From Planctomycetota bacterium (GTDB lineage Bacteria; Planctomycetota; UBA1135; UBA2386), in the NCBI GenBank assembly GCA_020638695.1, contig JACKIB010000020.1, positions 19,984 to 83,983 on the forward strand: 64,000 nt of DNA, written 5' to 3'. Shown here in pieces: positions 27,686 through 36,912 of this stretch; the stretch's first letter is position 1; each line of letters opens with the position of its first letter. The notes beneath the pieces are model-generated. The model had not been told where the DNA came from. It was given only the letters and a program-made list of their open reading frames with translations, and did not search any database. Both the position numbers and the translations under genes were made by a program.

Positions 27686-28705
27686 TCACAGCGCTGCCGC
27701 GAGGATCCACATCGGCCCGTCTCCGACCTGGACCCGGGCGACACGCCGGAGCAAGCCGGTCGCCGGATCGATGCGATAGGTCTGCAGCGTCGCCGTCTCC
27801 AGTCCGCCCGCGAGCAGGAAGCGCCCGCTCGGGGTGACCTCGATCACCCGCGGAACCGCATCCGCCGGCGCGTGGCCGATGACGGTGAGCCGGCCGTCGC
27901 GCGGATCGACCCGCATACAGGCGATGGTGTCGTGGCCGCGGTTCGGCGCGTAGAGGAACCGCCCACACGGCGTGATGCGGATCTGCGCGCACTTGCTCGC
28001 GCCGTGGAAGCCGGGTGGCAGGGTGGAGACGGTCTGCACCGGGGTCAGGGTTCCGCTCTCGGCATCGAGCGACCACACGGTCACGCTGCATCCCTGCTCG
28101 TTGCTGGTGTAGAGGCGGTCGAGCCTCGGGTGCAGGCAGAAATGGCGTGGCCCGAGCGGTCCGGGCGGGTCCGCGCGCGGGGGGTCGCGCGGCGTCAACG
28201 CTCCGGTCGCGGCGTCGAACCGGAACTGCGCGATGGTGTTCCAACCGTCCTCGCGCGAGATGTGCGGCGCGAACGCGAAGCGATTGGTGCGCTCGGTCGC
28301 GAGCATGTGGGCGCCGGTCGCGGTGCGCAGCCACTGCACCGGCTCGCCGCTCACCGCGCCGGAATCGTCCACCCGATGCACCGCCAGCGCGCCGGCGTTG
28401 TAGTAGGCGGAGAAGAGCCAGCGGCGGGTGGCGTCGAGCGCGAGGCAACACGGGTCGGACGGAAGTGCCGCCTCGCCGATCTGATCGAGCGCGCCGGTGG
28501 TCGGGTCGACCCGGTAGCTCGCGAGGCACGGCGTCCCGCGCCGGCCGACGTGCAGCACCCGCGCCGGCGCGTCGAGGGCGAGTGGCGCCGGCCGCCCCGA
28601 CACCGCGGTGCGCGCCGCCGGCCGCAGCTCGCCGTCGCGTGGATCGAGAACGTAAGCCGCGATCTCGTCCTGCTCCCACAGCGAAACCAGCACGATCTGG
28701 CTCAT
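27686..28705 (-). CDS. 7-bladed beta-propeller lactonase-family protein (Pgl/YbhE-like)
   Basis: 339-aa ORF with repeated blade pattern and motifs (PRHFCLHPRLDRLYTSNEQ, GRFLYAPNRGHDTI) matching lactonase family PF10282. Confidence 0.7.
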   Translation of the reverse strand: MSQIVLVSLWEQDEIAAYVLDPRDGELRPAARTAVSGRPAPLALDAPARVLHVGRRGTPCLASYRVDPTTGALDQIGEAALPSDPCCLALDATRRWLFSAYYNAGALAVHRVDDSGAVSGEPVQWLRTATGAHMLATERTNRFAFAPHISREDGWNTIAQFRFDAATGALTPRDPPRADPPGPLGPRHFCLHPRLDRLYTSNEQGCSVTVWSLDAESGTLTPVQTVSTLPPGFHGASKCAQIRITPCGRFLYAPNRGHDTIACMRVDPRDGRLTVIGHAPADAVPRVIEVTPSGRFLLAGGLETATLQTYRIDPATGLLRRVARVQVGDGPMWILAAAL

Positions 28706-28787
28706 CGGGCTCCCCTCCGTCGCGACGCGGCGAGGCTATCACGGACCGTCGACGCGAGCACTCGGCCCGGTCGAGCTGCCACACCCG

Positions 28788-29642
28788 CTACCGCAGACCG
28801 ATGATCACCACGCTCGGCACCACCAGCGCGACCGCCAGCGCCACCCGCCGGTCGAGGGCCTGCTCGCCGAAGACGAAGCGCCCGAGCAGCAGCGTGAACA
28901 GCGGCGAGCAGGCGACGATCGGGCTCACCACCACCAGGTCCTGGGTGAGCAGCGCGGTGTTCAGGACCAGCACCGCGATGCTGTAGGCGAGGCCGGTCCC
29001 GATCAGCCACACGAGCCCGGCGCGCGGAATCGGCACGCGCTTTCGGCGCACGCGGAGATCGTTGCCGAGCGCGAGCGGGAACGACACCGTGTAGGCGACG
29101 AGGGCGACGAAGAAAGGATTGGGCAGGATGTCGAGGCCGATCTTGGCCAGGGCGTGGGCGAGGCTACGCAGGAACGCGGCACCGATCGGCAGCAGCAGCG
29201 CCCACAACGGCCAGGCCCGACTCGCCCGACCGCGCCAGGTCAGCGTCACCACCCCGGCCACGATCCCGGCGGTACCGACGCCGACCTCCCAACCGAGAGT
29301 CTCGCCGAGCAGGACGATGCCGAGCCCGACGCCGAGGAGCGGCGCGGTCGCCGACAGCGTGCTGGCGACGGTGGGACCGAGAATGCGGGTCCCCGCCATG
29401 CCGAGGTTCGCCGACAGCAGCGGGCGGAACAGCCCGATCGCGGCGAGCAGCGGCAGCGCCGGCGAGGTCCAGAACCACGACTCGAGATAGAGCGGCGCGG
29501 TCAGCCAGTACAGGACCGTGCCGGTGCCGATCTGGAACAGCGTCGCGGTCTGGGAGTCGACATGGCGCAGCGCGAGGCGCGAGAGCTGGTTGCCGATCGC
29601 GAACAACAGCGCCCCGGTGAGCGGCAACAACAGCGCGCTCAT
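28788..29642 (-). CDS. DMT-superfamily (EamA-like) transporter
   Basis: 284-aa ORF with ten predicted hydrophobic helices in two EamA-like halves. Confidence 0.75.
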   Translation of the reverse strand: MSALLLPLTGALLFAIGNQLSRLALRHVDSQTATLFQIGTGTVLYWLTAPLYLESWFWTSPALPLLAAIGLFRPLLSANLGMAGTRILGPTVASTLSATAPLLGVGLGIVLLGETLGWEVGVGTAGIVAGVVTLTWRGRASRAWPLWALLLPIGAAFLRSLAHALAKIGLDILPNPFFVALVAYTVSFPLALGNDLRVRRKRVPIPRAGLVWLIGTGLAYSIAVLVLNTALLTQDLVVVSPIVACSPLFTLLLGRFVFGEQALDRRVALAVALVVPSVVIIGLR

Positions 29643-29728
29643 CGGGCGCGCGCGCCGTCGGCGCTGGCAACGCCCGCGCGCGGAGCGTAGATTCCGGACC
29701 CGGGCAGGGCACCGCGGGGGTTCCGCCG

Positions 29729-30742
29729 ATGCACGAGCACCCCATTCCGGTCATCGACGTGCGCGACCACCTCGCCGGCCGACCCGGCGCGCTGCGCCGC
29801 GCCGCGGCCGAGTTGCGCCACGCGCTCGAGCGAGTCGGCTTCTACTATCTCCGCGGTCACGATGTCTCCCCCGAGCTGACGGCGGCGGTGTTCGCCGAAT
29901 GCCGCCGGTTCCACGCCCAGCCGCTGGCGGCGAAGATCGCACTGCGCGCGAACGAGCACAATGTCGGCTACATGCCGGTCAACGGCTACGTCTCGCGCAG
30001 CTCGCGGGTGGAGCAGGCGCGAAAGCCGAACCTGGTCGAGGCGTTCTTCGTCAAGCGCGACCTGCCCGCCGACCATCCGGACGTGGTCGCCAACAAGCGG
30101 TTTCGCGGCGCCAATCAGTGGCCGGACACGCTGCCGGGGTTCCGCGAGACGGTGGTGGCGTATTGCGACGCGATGGAGACGCTCTGCCTGCGAATGCTGC
30201 CGGTCTACGCGGTCGCGCTCGACCTCCCGGCAGACCACTTCGACGACGCCTTTCGCGAGCCCCAGTACACGCTGCGGATGTCGCACTACCCACCGGCGGA
30301 GGTCGGTGAGGCGGACCAGTTCGGGGTCGCACCACACACCGACTCCAGCTTCCTCACCATGCTGGCGCAGTCGGAGCTCCCGGGTCTCTCCATCCGCACC
30401 GCCGACGGCGAGTGGATCGATGCCCCGATCGTCGACGGCACCTTCATCGTGAACTCGGGCGACATGCTGCGCCGGTGGACCAACCATCGGTTCCTGTCGA
30501 CCCCGCATCGCGTGATCAATCGCAACCCCGGTCGCGACCGCTACGCGATTCCCTATTTCTTCGACGCGAGCATCGACTACCCGATGGCCTGCCTGCCCAC
30601 CTGCTGCGACGTGGACGAGCCGCCGCGCTACCAGCCGGTGACCTATGCCCAGTACATGGCCTGGTTCACGAGCCAGTACGACCACATTCGCGCGAGGGAT
30701 CCGGCCGAGGTGCCGAATCCGGGGACGCCGACGGTCGCTTGA
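29729..30742 (+). CDS. 2-oxoglutarate/Fe(II)-dependent oxygenase (isopenicillin-N-synthase-like)
   Basis: 337-aa ORF with an N-terminal IPVIDV motif, the HxD facial triad (PHTDSSFLT), the distal His (STPHRV) and RxS. Confidence 0.8.
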   Translation: MHEHPIPVIDVRDHLAGRPGALRRAAAELRHALERVGFYYLRGHDVSPELTAAVFAECRRFHAQPLAAKIALRANEHNVGYMPVNGYVSRSSRVEQARKPNLVEAFFVKRDLPADHPDVVANKRFRGANQWPDTLPGFRETVVAYCDAMETLCLRMLPVYAVALDLPADHFDDAFREPQYTLRMSHYPPAEVGEADQFGVAPHTDSSFLTMLAQSELPGLSIRTADGEWIDAPIVDGTFIVNSGDMLRRWTNHRFLSTPHRVINRNPGRDRYAIPYFFDASIDYPMACLPTCCDVDEPPRYQPVTYAQYMAWFTSQYDHIRARDPAEVPNPGTPTVA

Positions 30743-30851
30743 CCCCGGGGCGGAGCCGGTCGGCGCGCCGCCGACGCGAGTCGGGTGCGGACGCCACCGC
30801 CCGGGCGTCGCTCTGCTACGCTGCGCCATCTCCTCGCGACGGGCACCCGGT

Positions 30852-31742
30852 ATGCGCATCGGATTCATCGGCCTCGGCAACATGGGCGCGCCGCTCGCGC
30901 GCCGCCTCGTCCCCCACGGCGGTCTCACCGTCCACGACCGCGACCCCGCGGTGGCGCGCGCCCTGGCGGCCGAGAACGTGGTCTCGGTCTCGACTCCCGC
31001 GGAGGTCGGCGCCCGGTCCGATCTCGTGCTCACCTGCCTGCCCACCTCGGCCCACGTCGAGGAAGTGATCTTCGGCGCCGACGGTGTGGCGTCCACCCTC
31101 GCCGCCGACGGCATCGTCGTCGACATGACGACCGGCGATCCGGCGTGCACCCGCGACATGGCGGCGCGCCTCGCCGAGACCGACCGCCACCTGGTCGACG
31201 CTCCGGTGAGCGGGGGGCCACGCGGCGCGAACGAGGGCACCATCGCAATCATGGTCGGCGCCTCGGACGCACTGCTGGCGCGGGTCAAACCCGTCCTCGA
31301 TCGCATCAGCGTGAACGTGGTTCACGCCGGCGCGGTCGGCGCCGGGCACGCGATCAAGGCCGGCAACAACCTGCTGAACCTGGTGTGCCGGCTCGCGACG
31401 TTCGAGGTGGTCTCGATGCTGGTCCGTGACGGTGTCGACCCCGAGCGCGCGGTTGCAATCATCCAAAAGAGCTCGGGCAGGAACTACGCCACCGAGATCA
31501 CACTTCCCGACAACATCCTGTCGGGCAAGATGCACCAGGGATTCACCGTCGGCCTGATGCGCAAGGACGCCAGCCTCGCGCTCGACATCGCCCGCGCGGT
31601 CGATGCACCGATGCCGCTCGGCAACCTCGCCCGAGAGCTGCTACAGGTCGTTCACAACGCCCACGGCGCGAACGCCGACATGAGCGCGGTCGCCCTCACC
31701 TACGAGCAACTCACCGGCGCCCGGATCCGCCCCACCCCGTAA
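30852..31742 (+). CDS. NAD(P)-dependent 3-hydroxyisobutyrate/6-phosphogluconate-dehydrogenase-like oxidoreductase
   Basis: Track ORF trimmed to Met70 (MRIGFIGLGNMGAPLARRL, a Rossmann motif). Also DAPVSGG and KAGNNLL motifs. Confidence 0.8.
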   Translation: MRIGFIGLGNMGAPLARRLVPHGGLTVHDRDPAVARALAAENVVSVSTPAEVGARSDLVLTCLPTSAHVEEVIFGADGVASTLAADGIVVDMTTGDPACTRDMAARLAETDRHLVDAPVSGGPRGANEGTIAIMVGASDALLARVKPVLDRISVNVVHAGAVGAGHAIKAGNNLLNLVCRLATFEVVSMLVRDGVDPERAVAIIQKSSGRNYATEITLPDNILSGKMHQGFTVGLMRKDASLALDIARAVDAPMPLGNLARELLQVVHNAHGANADMSAVALTYEQLTGARIRPTP

Positions 31743-31800
31743 CCCGAGCGCAACTCGGGAAGGGGTGATCGCGGGGGCCGCACCTCCCGGCGCCGGCGCC

Positions 31801-32727
31801 TCACGGTGGGAGCACCACCCCCGTCTGCGACGTGATCAGGCCATAGTGCTCGATGCGACGATGGCGGGCGAAGTCGAAGATCGTCTTCTTCCCGAACGCG
31901 GTGTCGTCGAGGTCACAGGCGTGGACGACCATCTCGTCACCCTCGCCCTCGGTGGCGGCGACGATCTCCCCGTCCGGATTCACGATCACCGTGCCACCGA
32001 TGAGCGGATGGCCGTCCTCGACCCCGGCCTTGGCCACGCTCACCACCCAGGTGCTGTTCTGGTAGGCGCCGGCCTGCACCACGAGGTTGCTGTGGAAGAT
32101 TCGCTTCGACGGCCCCTCGGCGTTCTTCTGCGCGTTGACCGACGGCGTGTTGTAGCCGAGCAGAATCATCTCCACGCCCTGCAAGCCCATCATCCGGTAG
32201 GTCTCGGGCCAGCGCCGATCGTTGCAGATGCACATCCCGAGGATCCCGCCGAGGGTCCGCCACACCGGGAACCCGAGGTCACCCGGCTCGAAGTAGTACT
32301 TCTCGAGATGTTGATGCGAGCGCTCGGTGTCGTAGTCCGAGTGTCCCGGCAGGTGCACCTTGCGGTACTTGCCGACGATGGCGCCGGTCTTGTCGGTGAG
32401 AATCGAGGTGTTGAACCGTCGCCCCTCGGGGGTGAGCTCCGCGTAGCCGAAACTCATCGCCATCCTCGCGTCGCGAGCGAGGTCGAACAACGGGCGCGTC
32501 GGCTCGTTCGGCATGTCGCGCTCGAACCACTGCTCGATCTCGGCCTTGTCGGTGGTGTAGTAGCGCGGAAAGAAGGTGGTCAGGGTGAGCTCGGGATAGA
32601 CGATGAGGTCGGCGCCCTGGGCGCGTGCCTCGCGCATCATCGCGAGCATCCGCTCGACCACCTCCTCCCGACTCTCCGCCTTCTGGATCGGCCCCATCTG
32701 GGCGGCGGCGACGTTCAGCACTCTCAT
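31801..32727 (-). CDS. nitrilase-superfamily N-carbamoyl-(D)-amino-acid hydrolase-like amidase
   Basis: 308-aa ORF with the Glu-Lys-Cys triad in context (YPELTL, YRKVHLPG, GMCICNDRRWPE). Close to D-carbamoylase sequences as I remember them. Confidence 0.8.
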   Translation of the reverse strand: MRVLNVAAAQMGPIQKAESREEVVERMLAMMREARAQGADLIVYPELTLTTFFPRYYTTDKAEIEQWFERDMPNEPTRPLFDLARDARMAMSFGYAELTPEGRRFNTSILTDKTGAIVGKYRKVHLPGHSDYDTERSHQHLEKYYFEPGDLGFPVWRTLGGILGMCICNDRRWPETYRMMGLQGVEMILLGYNTPSVNAQKNAEGPSKRIFHSNLVVQAGAYQNSTWVVSVAKAGVEDGHPLIGGTVIVNPDGEIVAATEGEGDEMVVHACDLDDTAFGKKTIFDFARHRRIEHYGLITSQTGVVLPP

Positions 32728-32754
32728 GACTGCGATCTCCAGAAACGTGGGGAC

Positions 32755-33420
32755 TCAGCCCGCGATGCGGTGCTCGAGGCGGCTCAGGAGCCGAACCACG
32801 GGCCACAGCAGCAGCAGGTAGAAACCGGCGGCAAGAACGATGGGCGACGCGTTGTAGGTCACCGAGCGTGCCATGTCGGCGGCGTAGAGAAGCTCGGGCA
32901 ACGCCACCACGCTGGCAATCGAGGTCAACTTGACCACCTCGATGGTGTTGCTCAGCAAGTCGGGCAGGACGTTGCGCACCGCCTGCGGCAGCACGACCCA
33001 GGTCAGCGTCTGGGTCGCGGTGAGGCCGGTCGAGCGCGCGGCCTCGCGCTGGCCACGCCCGATGCTCTCGATGCCGGCGCGCACGATCTCGGCGTAGTAG
33101 GCGGAGTTGTTGAGGAGGAACGCGACCGCCACCGCCGCGAAGGCGGTGAGCTCGATGCCGGCGAACGGCAGCCCGGAGTGCACGAAGATGAGCAGCACCA
33201 GCGGCGGCACCGCGCGAAAGAAATCGATCCAGCAGGCGAGCAGGAAGCGCTTCCAGCGCGAGCGCGTGGTACCGAGCACCGCCAGCACCAGCCCGCCGGC
33301 GAAGCCGAGGGGAATCACCACCGCGCAGAGCGCGAGGGTCGTGAGGACACCTCGTAACAGAAGCGGCAAGGCCTCGCGCATGATGGCGAGGTTGAAGAAG
33401 GTCTCGACCAGCAGGTCCAT
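32755..33420 (-). CDS. polar amino-acid ABC transporter permease
   Basis: 221-aa ORF of the HisM/GlnP type with an EAA loop (IESIGRGQREAARSTGL). Confidence 0.8.
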   Translation of the reverse strand: MDLLVETFFNLAIMREALPLLLRGVLTTLALCAVVIPLGFAGGLVLAVLGTTRSRWKRFLLACWIDFFRAVPPLVLLIFVHSGLPFAGIELTAFAAVAVAFLLNNSAYYAEIVRAGIESIGRGQREAARSTGLTATQTLTWVVLPQAVRNVLPDLLSNTIEVVKLTSIASVVALPELLYAADMARSVTYNASPIVLAAGFYLLLLWPVVRLLSRLEHRIAG

Positions 33421-34118
33421 CAGGCACGCTTCCAGGCGAAACGCGTCTCGACCCAGCGCCCGAGCATCACCACCGGCACGAACAAGACGACGTAGGCGAT
33501 CGCCCCCATCATCAGCGGCGTGGCGCTACCGGTGAAGGACTGCGCGGTGGTCGCCTGGTTCAGGATCTCGCCAACGCCGATCACGGTCCCGAGCGCGGTG
33601 TTCTTGGTGATCGCGATGGCTCGATTGGTGAGTGGTGGCACGGTCATGCGCACCGCCTGCGGCAGGATCACCCACACCAGGGTCTGGTTGAAGCCGAGAC
33701 CCGTCGAGCGCGCGGCCTGCCACTGCCCGTCGCGCACCGAGAGCATCCCGGCCCAGAAGATCTCCTCGGCGAATGCGGCCAGCACCAGGGTCAGCACGAG
33801 CCACAGCACCACGAAGCTCGACAGACTGATGCCGACCGACGGCAGGCCGAAATAGAACAGCAGGATCAGCACCAGCGGCGGCAACGCCCGCATCACGTCG
33901 ACGAAGACGACGATGAGGAAATTCAGCGCGCGAAAGCGCAGGGCGCGCAGGTAGGCGAGCAGCAATCCGAGCGCGGTACCGCAGACCAGCACCAGCACCG
34001 CGACCTCGCAGGTCACGACCATGCCGAGCGCGATGTCGTCGGAATACTCCGCCAGGAGGTCCGGGCGGAAGAAGGTCTCGACGAATCGCTGCCAGGCGCT
34101 CAGCTCGGGCGTGGCCAC
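33420..34118 (-). CDS. polar amino-acid ABC transporter permease
   Basis: 232-aa ORF with the loop SVRDGQWQAARSTGL. Overlaps the next permease by 1 nt. Confidence 0.8.
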   Translation of the reverse strand: MATPELSAWQRFVETFFRPDLLAEYSDDIALGMVVTCEVAVLVLVCGTALGLLLAYLRALRFRALNFLIVVFVDVMRALPPLVLILLFYFGLPSVGISLSSFVVLWLVLTLVLAAFAEEIFWAGMLSVRDGQWQAARSTGLGFNQTLVWVILPQAVRMTVPPLTNRAIAITKNTALGTVIGVGEILNQATTAQSFTGSATPLMMGAIAYVVLFVPVVMLGRWVETRFAWKRA

Positions 34119-34211
34119 GAGCCTCCTCCGGCGGCGGCGATGCCGCGTCGCCTGTCCCCACGGACCCGAACGCGATGCATGTCGTGGCGCTCCAACGTGG
34201 TCTCGACGGAC

Positions 34212-34967
34212 TCAGCGCGTGACCTCGGCCACGAACTCACGTAGCCGCGGGCTGCGCGGGCGCTCGAAGATCTCCTCGGGCGAGCCTTCTTCCACGATGC
34301 AGCCGTCGTCCATGAACACCACGCGATCGGCCGCCTCGCGCGCGAAGCGCATCTCGTGGCTCACCACCACCATCGTCATTCCCGCGGCACGAAGATCGCG
34401 CATCACCGTGAGCACGCTACCCACCAGCTCGGGGTCGAGCGCACTGGTCGGCTCGTCGAAGAGGACGAGCTGCGGCTCGAGTGCGAGCGCGCGCGCGATC
34501 GCGACCCGCTGCTGTTGGCCGCCGGAGAGCTCGCTCGGATACGCATCGGCCTTGTCTGCGAGTCCGACGCGGGCGAGCGCCGCCTCGGCGATTCGGTCGG
34601 CCTCCACCCGCGGCTTGCGCAGCACACGACGCAGCGCCAGGGTCACGTTCGAGCGTACACGCAGGTGTGGGTAGAGGTTGAACGATTGAAACACCATCCC
34701 GATGCGCCGACGCATCGCGTTGATGTCGGTCGAGCGCGCCATCAGATCCACGCCGTGCACCACGACGCTTCCGGCGGAGGGCTCCTCCAGCCGATTGAAG
34801 CAGCGCAGCAACGTGCTCTTTCCGGAGCCGGACGGGCCGATGACGAAGACCAGCTCACCGGACCGAACCCGGAAATCGACGCCCTTGAGCACCTCGAGGT
34901 CACCGAAGGACTTCCGCAAGCCCCGTGCCTCGAGGATGTAGTCGCCGTTGGCTCCGGGCTCGCTCAT
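34212..34967 (-). CDS. polar amino-acid ABC transporter ATP-binding protein
   Basis: Track ORF trimmed to Met39 (MSEPGANGDYILEARGLRKSFG...). Walker A GPSGSGKST, signature LSGGQQQRVAIARAL. Confidence 0.85.
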   Translation of the reverse strand: MSEPGANGDYILEARGLRKSFGDLEVLKGVDFRVRSGELVFVIGPSGSGKSTLLRCFNRLEEPSAGSVVVHGVDLMARSTDINAMRRRIGMVFQSFNLYPHLRVRSNVTLALRRVLRKPRVEADRIAEAALARVGLADKADAYPSELSGGQQQRVAIARALALEPQLVLFDEPTSALDPELVGSVLTVMRDLRAAGMTMVVVSHEMRFAREAADRVVFMDDGCIVEEGSPEEIFERPRSPRLREFVAEVTR

Positions 34968-35111
34968 CGAGCGCGGCCGCCACCGGCGCCGCGCCGGCGG
35001 CCGACGCGCGCGGTCTCGACCATGCGTCGAGCTCGCGCCGCCCGGGCGGCTCGCCGGCGGGGGTGCATCCCTGCACCGCACCGGAGCTGCGGGATCACGC
35101 AGCGTTCCCCG

Positions 35112-35960
35112 TCACTTGCAGGCCGGCACGTGCGGGGTCGCCTCATAACCCTCCATGCCGGGCACCCCGTAGCCGTACTGCACGGTCACCGCCGCGGCCC
35201 CGGGCCCCGGCGTGACCCCGAACCACTTCTCGCTCAGCTCGACCATCGTGCCGTCGAGCTTCATGCACTCGATGGCCGCCTCGACCTGGTTGCGGAGCGC
35301 CACGCTGTCCTTGCGAAACGGCATGGCGAAGACCCGGCCGGTGGAGTGGAGGTAGGAGAGCTTGATGCGCGGGTTCTTCTTCACCGCCCACGCCGACACC
35401 GTGTTGCCGGCCACGTTGGCGAATGCCCGGCCTGCGATCACCGCCTGCACCGCGTCGGTGTTGGTGCCGTAGGACTCGACCTTCCAACCCACCGTCGGCT
35501 CCAGATCCCGCGCCCACTTGTCGTAGGCGGAGCCCTTGTTCACCGCGATCACCTTGCCCTTGAAGTCCTCGAGACTGGTGACCTCCGGCGCGTCCTTGGC
35601 AACCACGAACTGGAAGTCGGTGTTCAGGTAGCCCTCGGTGAACAGCAGGCTCTTGGTCCGCTCCTCGGTGACGGTGGTCGGTGCGACCAGGAAGTCGTAC
35701 GTCCCGGCCTGCATCGCCGGCAGCAACCCCGACCACTGCGCGGCCGTGATCTCGACCTTGCCCCCGAGCCGGCGACCGATCTCGTTGGCGAGGTCAACGT
35801 TGAAGCCCTCGATGCCGCCATCCATCCGCGGCATCGCATGCGGCGCGAAGGTGCCGTCGAGCGCGACCTTGTACGTCTTGTCCTGGGCGCCGACGTTCGT
35901 GGCGAGCGCGAGCGCGGCGAACCCCGCGACGGAAAGCGACCTGACCACCCGGTGAACCAT
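35112..35960 (-). CDS. polar amino-acid ABC transporter substrate-binding protein
   Basis: Track ORF trimmed to Met37 (MVHRVVRSLSVAGFAALALATNVGA, a signal peptide). SBP_bac_3-like body. Confidence 0.8.
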   Translation of the reverse strand: MVHRVVRSLSVAGFAALALATNVGAQDKTYKVALDGTFAPHAMPRMDGGIEGFNVDLANEIGRRLGGKVEITAAQWSGLLPAMQAGTYDFLVAPTTVTEERTKSLLFTEGYLNTDFQFVVAKDAPEVTSLEDFKGKVIAVNKGSAYDKWARDLEPTVGWKVESYGTNTDAVQAVIAGRAFANVAGNTVSAWAVKKNPRIKLSYLHSTGRVFAMPFRKDSVALRNQVEAAIECMKLDGTMVELSEKWFGVTPGPGAAAVTVQYGYGVPGMEGYEATPHVPACK

Positions 35961-36151
35961 GGCGTTACTCCTCAGAGAGAGTGCGATTTCTCGAATGGGC
36001 GCCCATCCGGTGCCGAGCCGGCTTCTGGCGGCGCGATGGTGGGAAGGCGACGAGCCTGGGCGCTGCACTGCCGGCGACCGGCGGCAGGGCGGGCGCGGGC
36101 AGGGGCGTCACCGTGACCGCGCCGGAGTATGTCAAAGGCCGGTCGCCACGT

Positions 36152-36781
36152 TCAACTCGCCCCCGGGCGCTCGGGGCGTGGCATGAAGAAGCGGTCGCGG
36201 GTGGTCGCGTAGTCGTCGCCGCCGAGGCGGCCGATGGTGTCGAGGCCGACGGCATCGATGTGCAGCCGCTCGCGGTCGACCAGGCTTTCGCGCACCGCGA
36301 TGTGGAGCACCTCGCCGATGACGATCTCGCGCCGGTTGCCCACCTCGAGGGTGGTGTGACGGACGCACTCGAGACAGGCCGGCGCATCGACGAGTCGCGG
36401 CGGCGCCACGGCCTTCGACGCCACGGTGGCGAGCCCGGCCACCGCGAGCTCGGGCTCGCCCGGGGCGAGTGGTAGCGAGCAGAGGTTCATCCGCTCGGCG
36501 AGCGCACGGTCGACCACGTTGACCACGAACTCGCGGGTCTCTCGGATGTTGCGCGCGGTGTCCTTCTGACTGCCGTCGGGCCGGGCCTCGAGACCCAGGA
36601 CGACCATGCAGGGGTCGAAGGCGATGGCGTTGAAGAACGAGAACGGCGCGGCGTTGACGGTACCATCGGCGTTGCAGGTGGTCACGAGCGCGATGGGGCG
36701 CGGCGTCACCACGCTTCGCAGTACCTTGTAGGCATCCTGCGCGGACAGGCTTGCGAGCGCGAACTCGCTCATCGAGGACAT
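36152..36781 (-). CDS. flavin reductase (NAD(P)H:flavin oxidoreductase, Flavin_Reduct family)
   Basis: Track ORF trimmed to Met90 (MSSMSEFALASLSAQDAYKVLRSVVTPRPIALVTTCNADGTVNAAPFSFFNAIAFDP...). GGAG RBS upstream. Confidence 0.75.
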   Translation of the reverse strand: MSSMSEFALASLSAQDAYKVLRSVVTPRPIALVTTCNADGTVNAAPFSFFNAIAFDPCMVVLGLEARPDGSQKDTARNIRETREFVVNVVDRALAERMNLCSLPLAPGEPELAVAGLATVASKAVAPPRLVDAPACLECVRHTTLEVGNRREIVIGEVLHIAVRESLVDRERLHIDAVGLDTIGRLGGDDYATTRDRFFMPRPERPGAS

Positions 36782-36912
36782 GGGAGCTCCAATGACGCAC
36801 GAGCCGGCAGCGGCCGGCGAAGGTGGCGAGTATATCGTTCGGCAGGAGTTGGATCCCTGGCTCAGTCGACACACAATGACGAGTCTCCAGCCCCAGACGG
36901 GAGGACAGCGGG

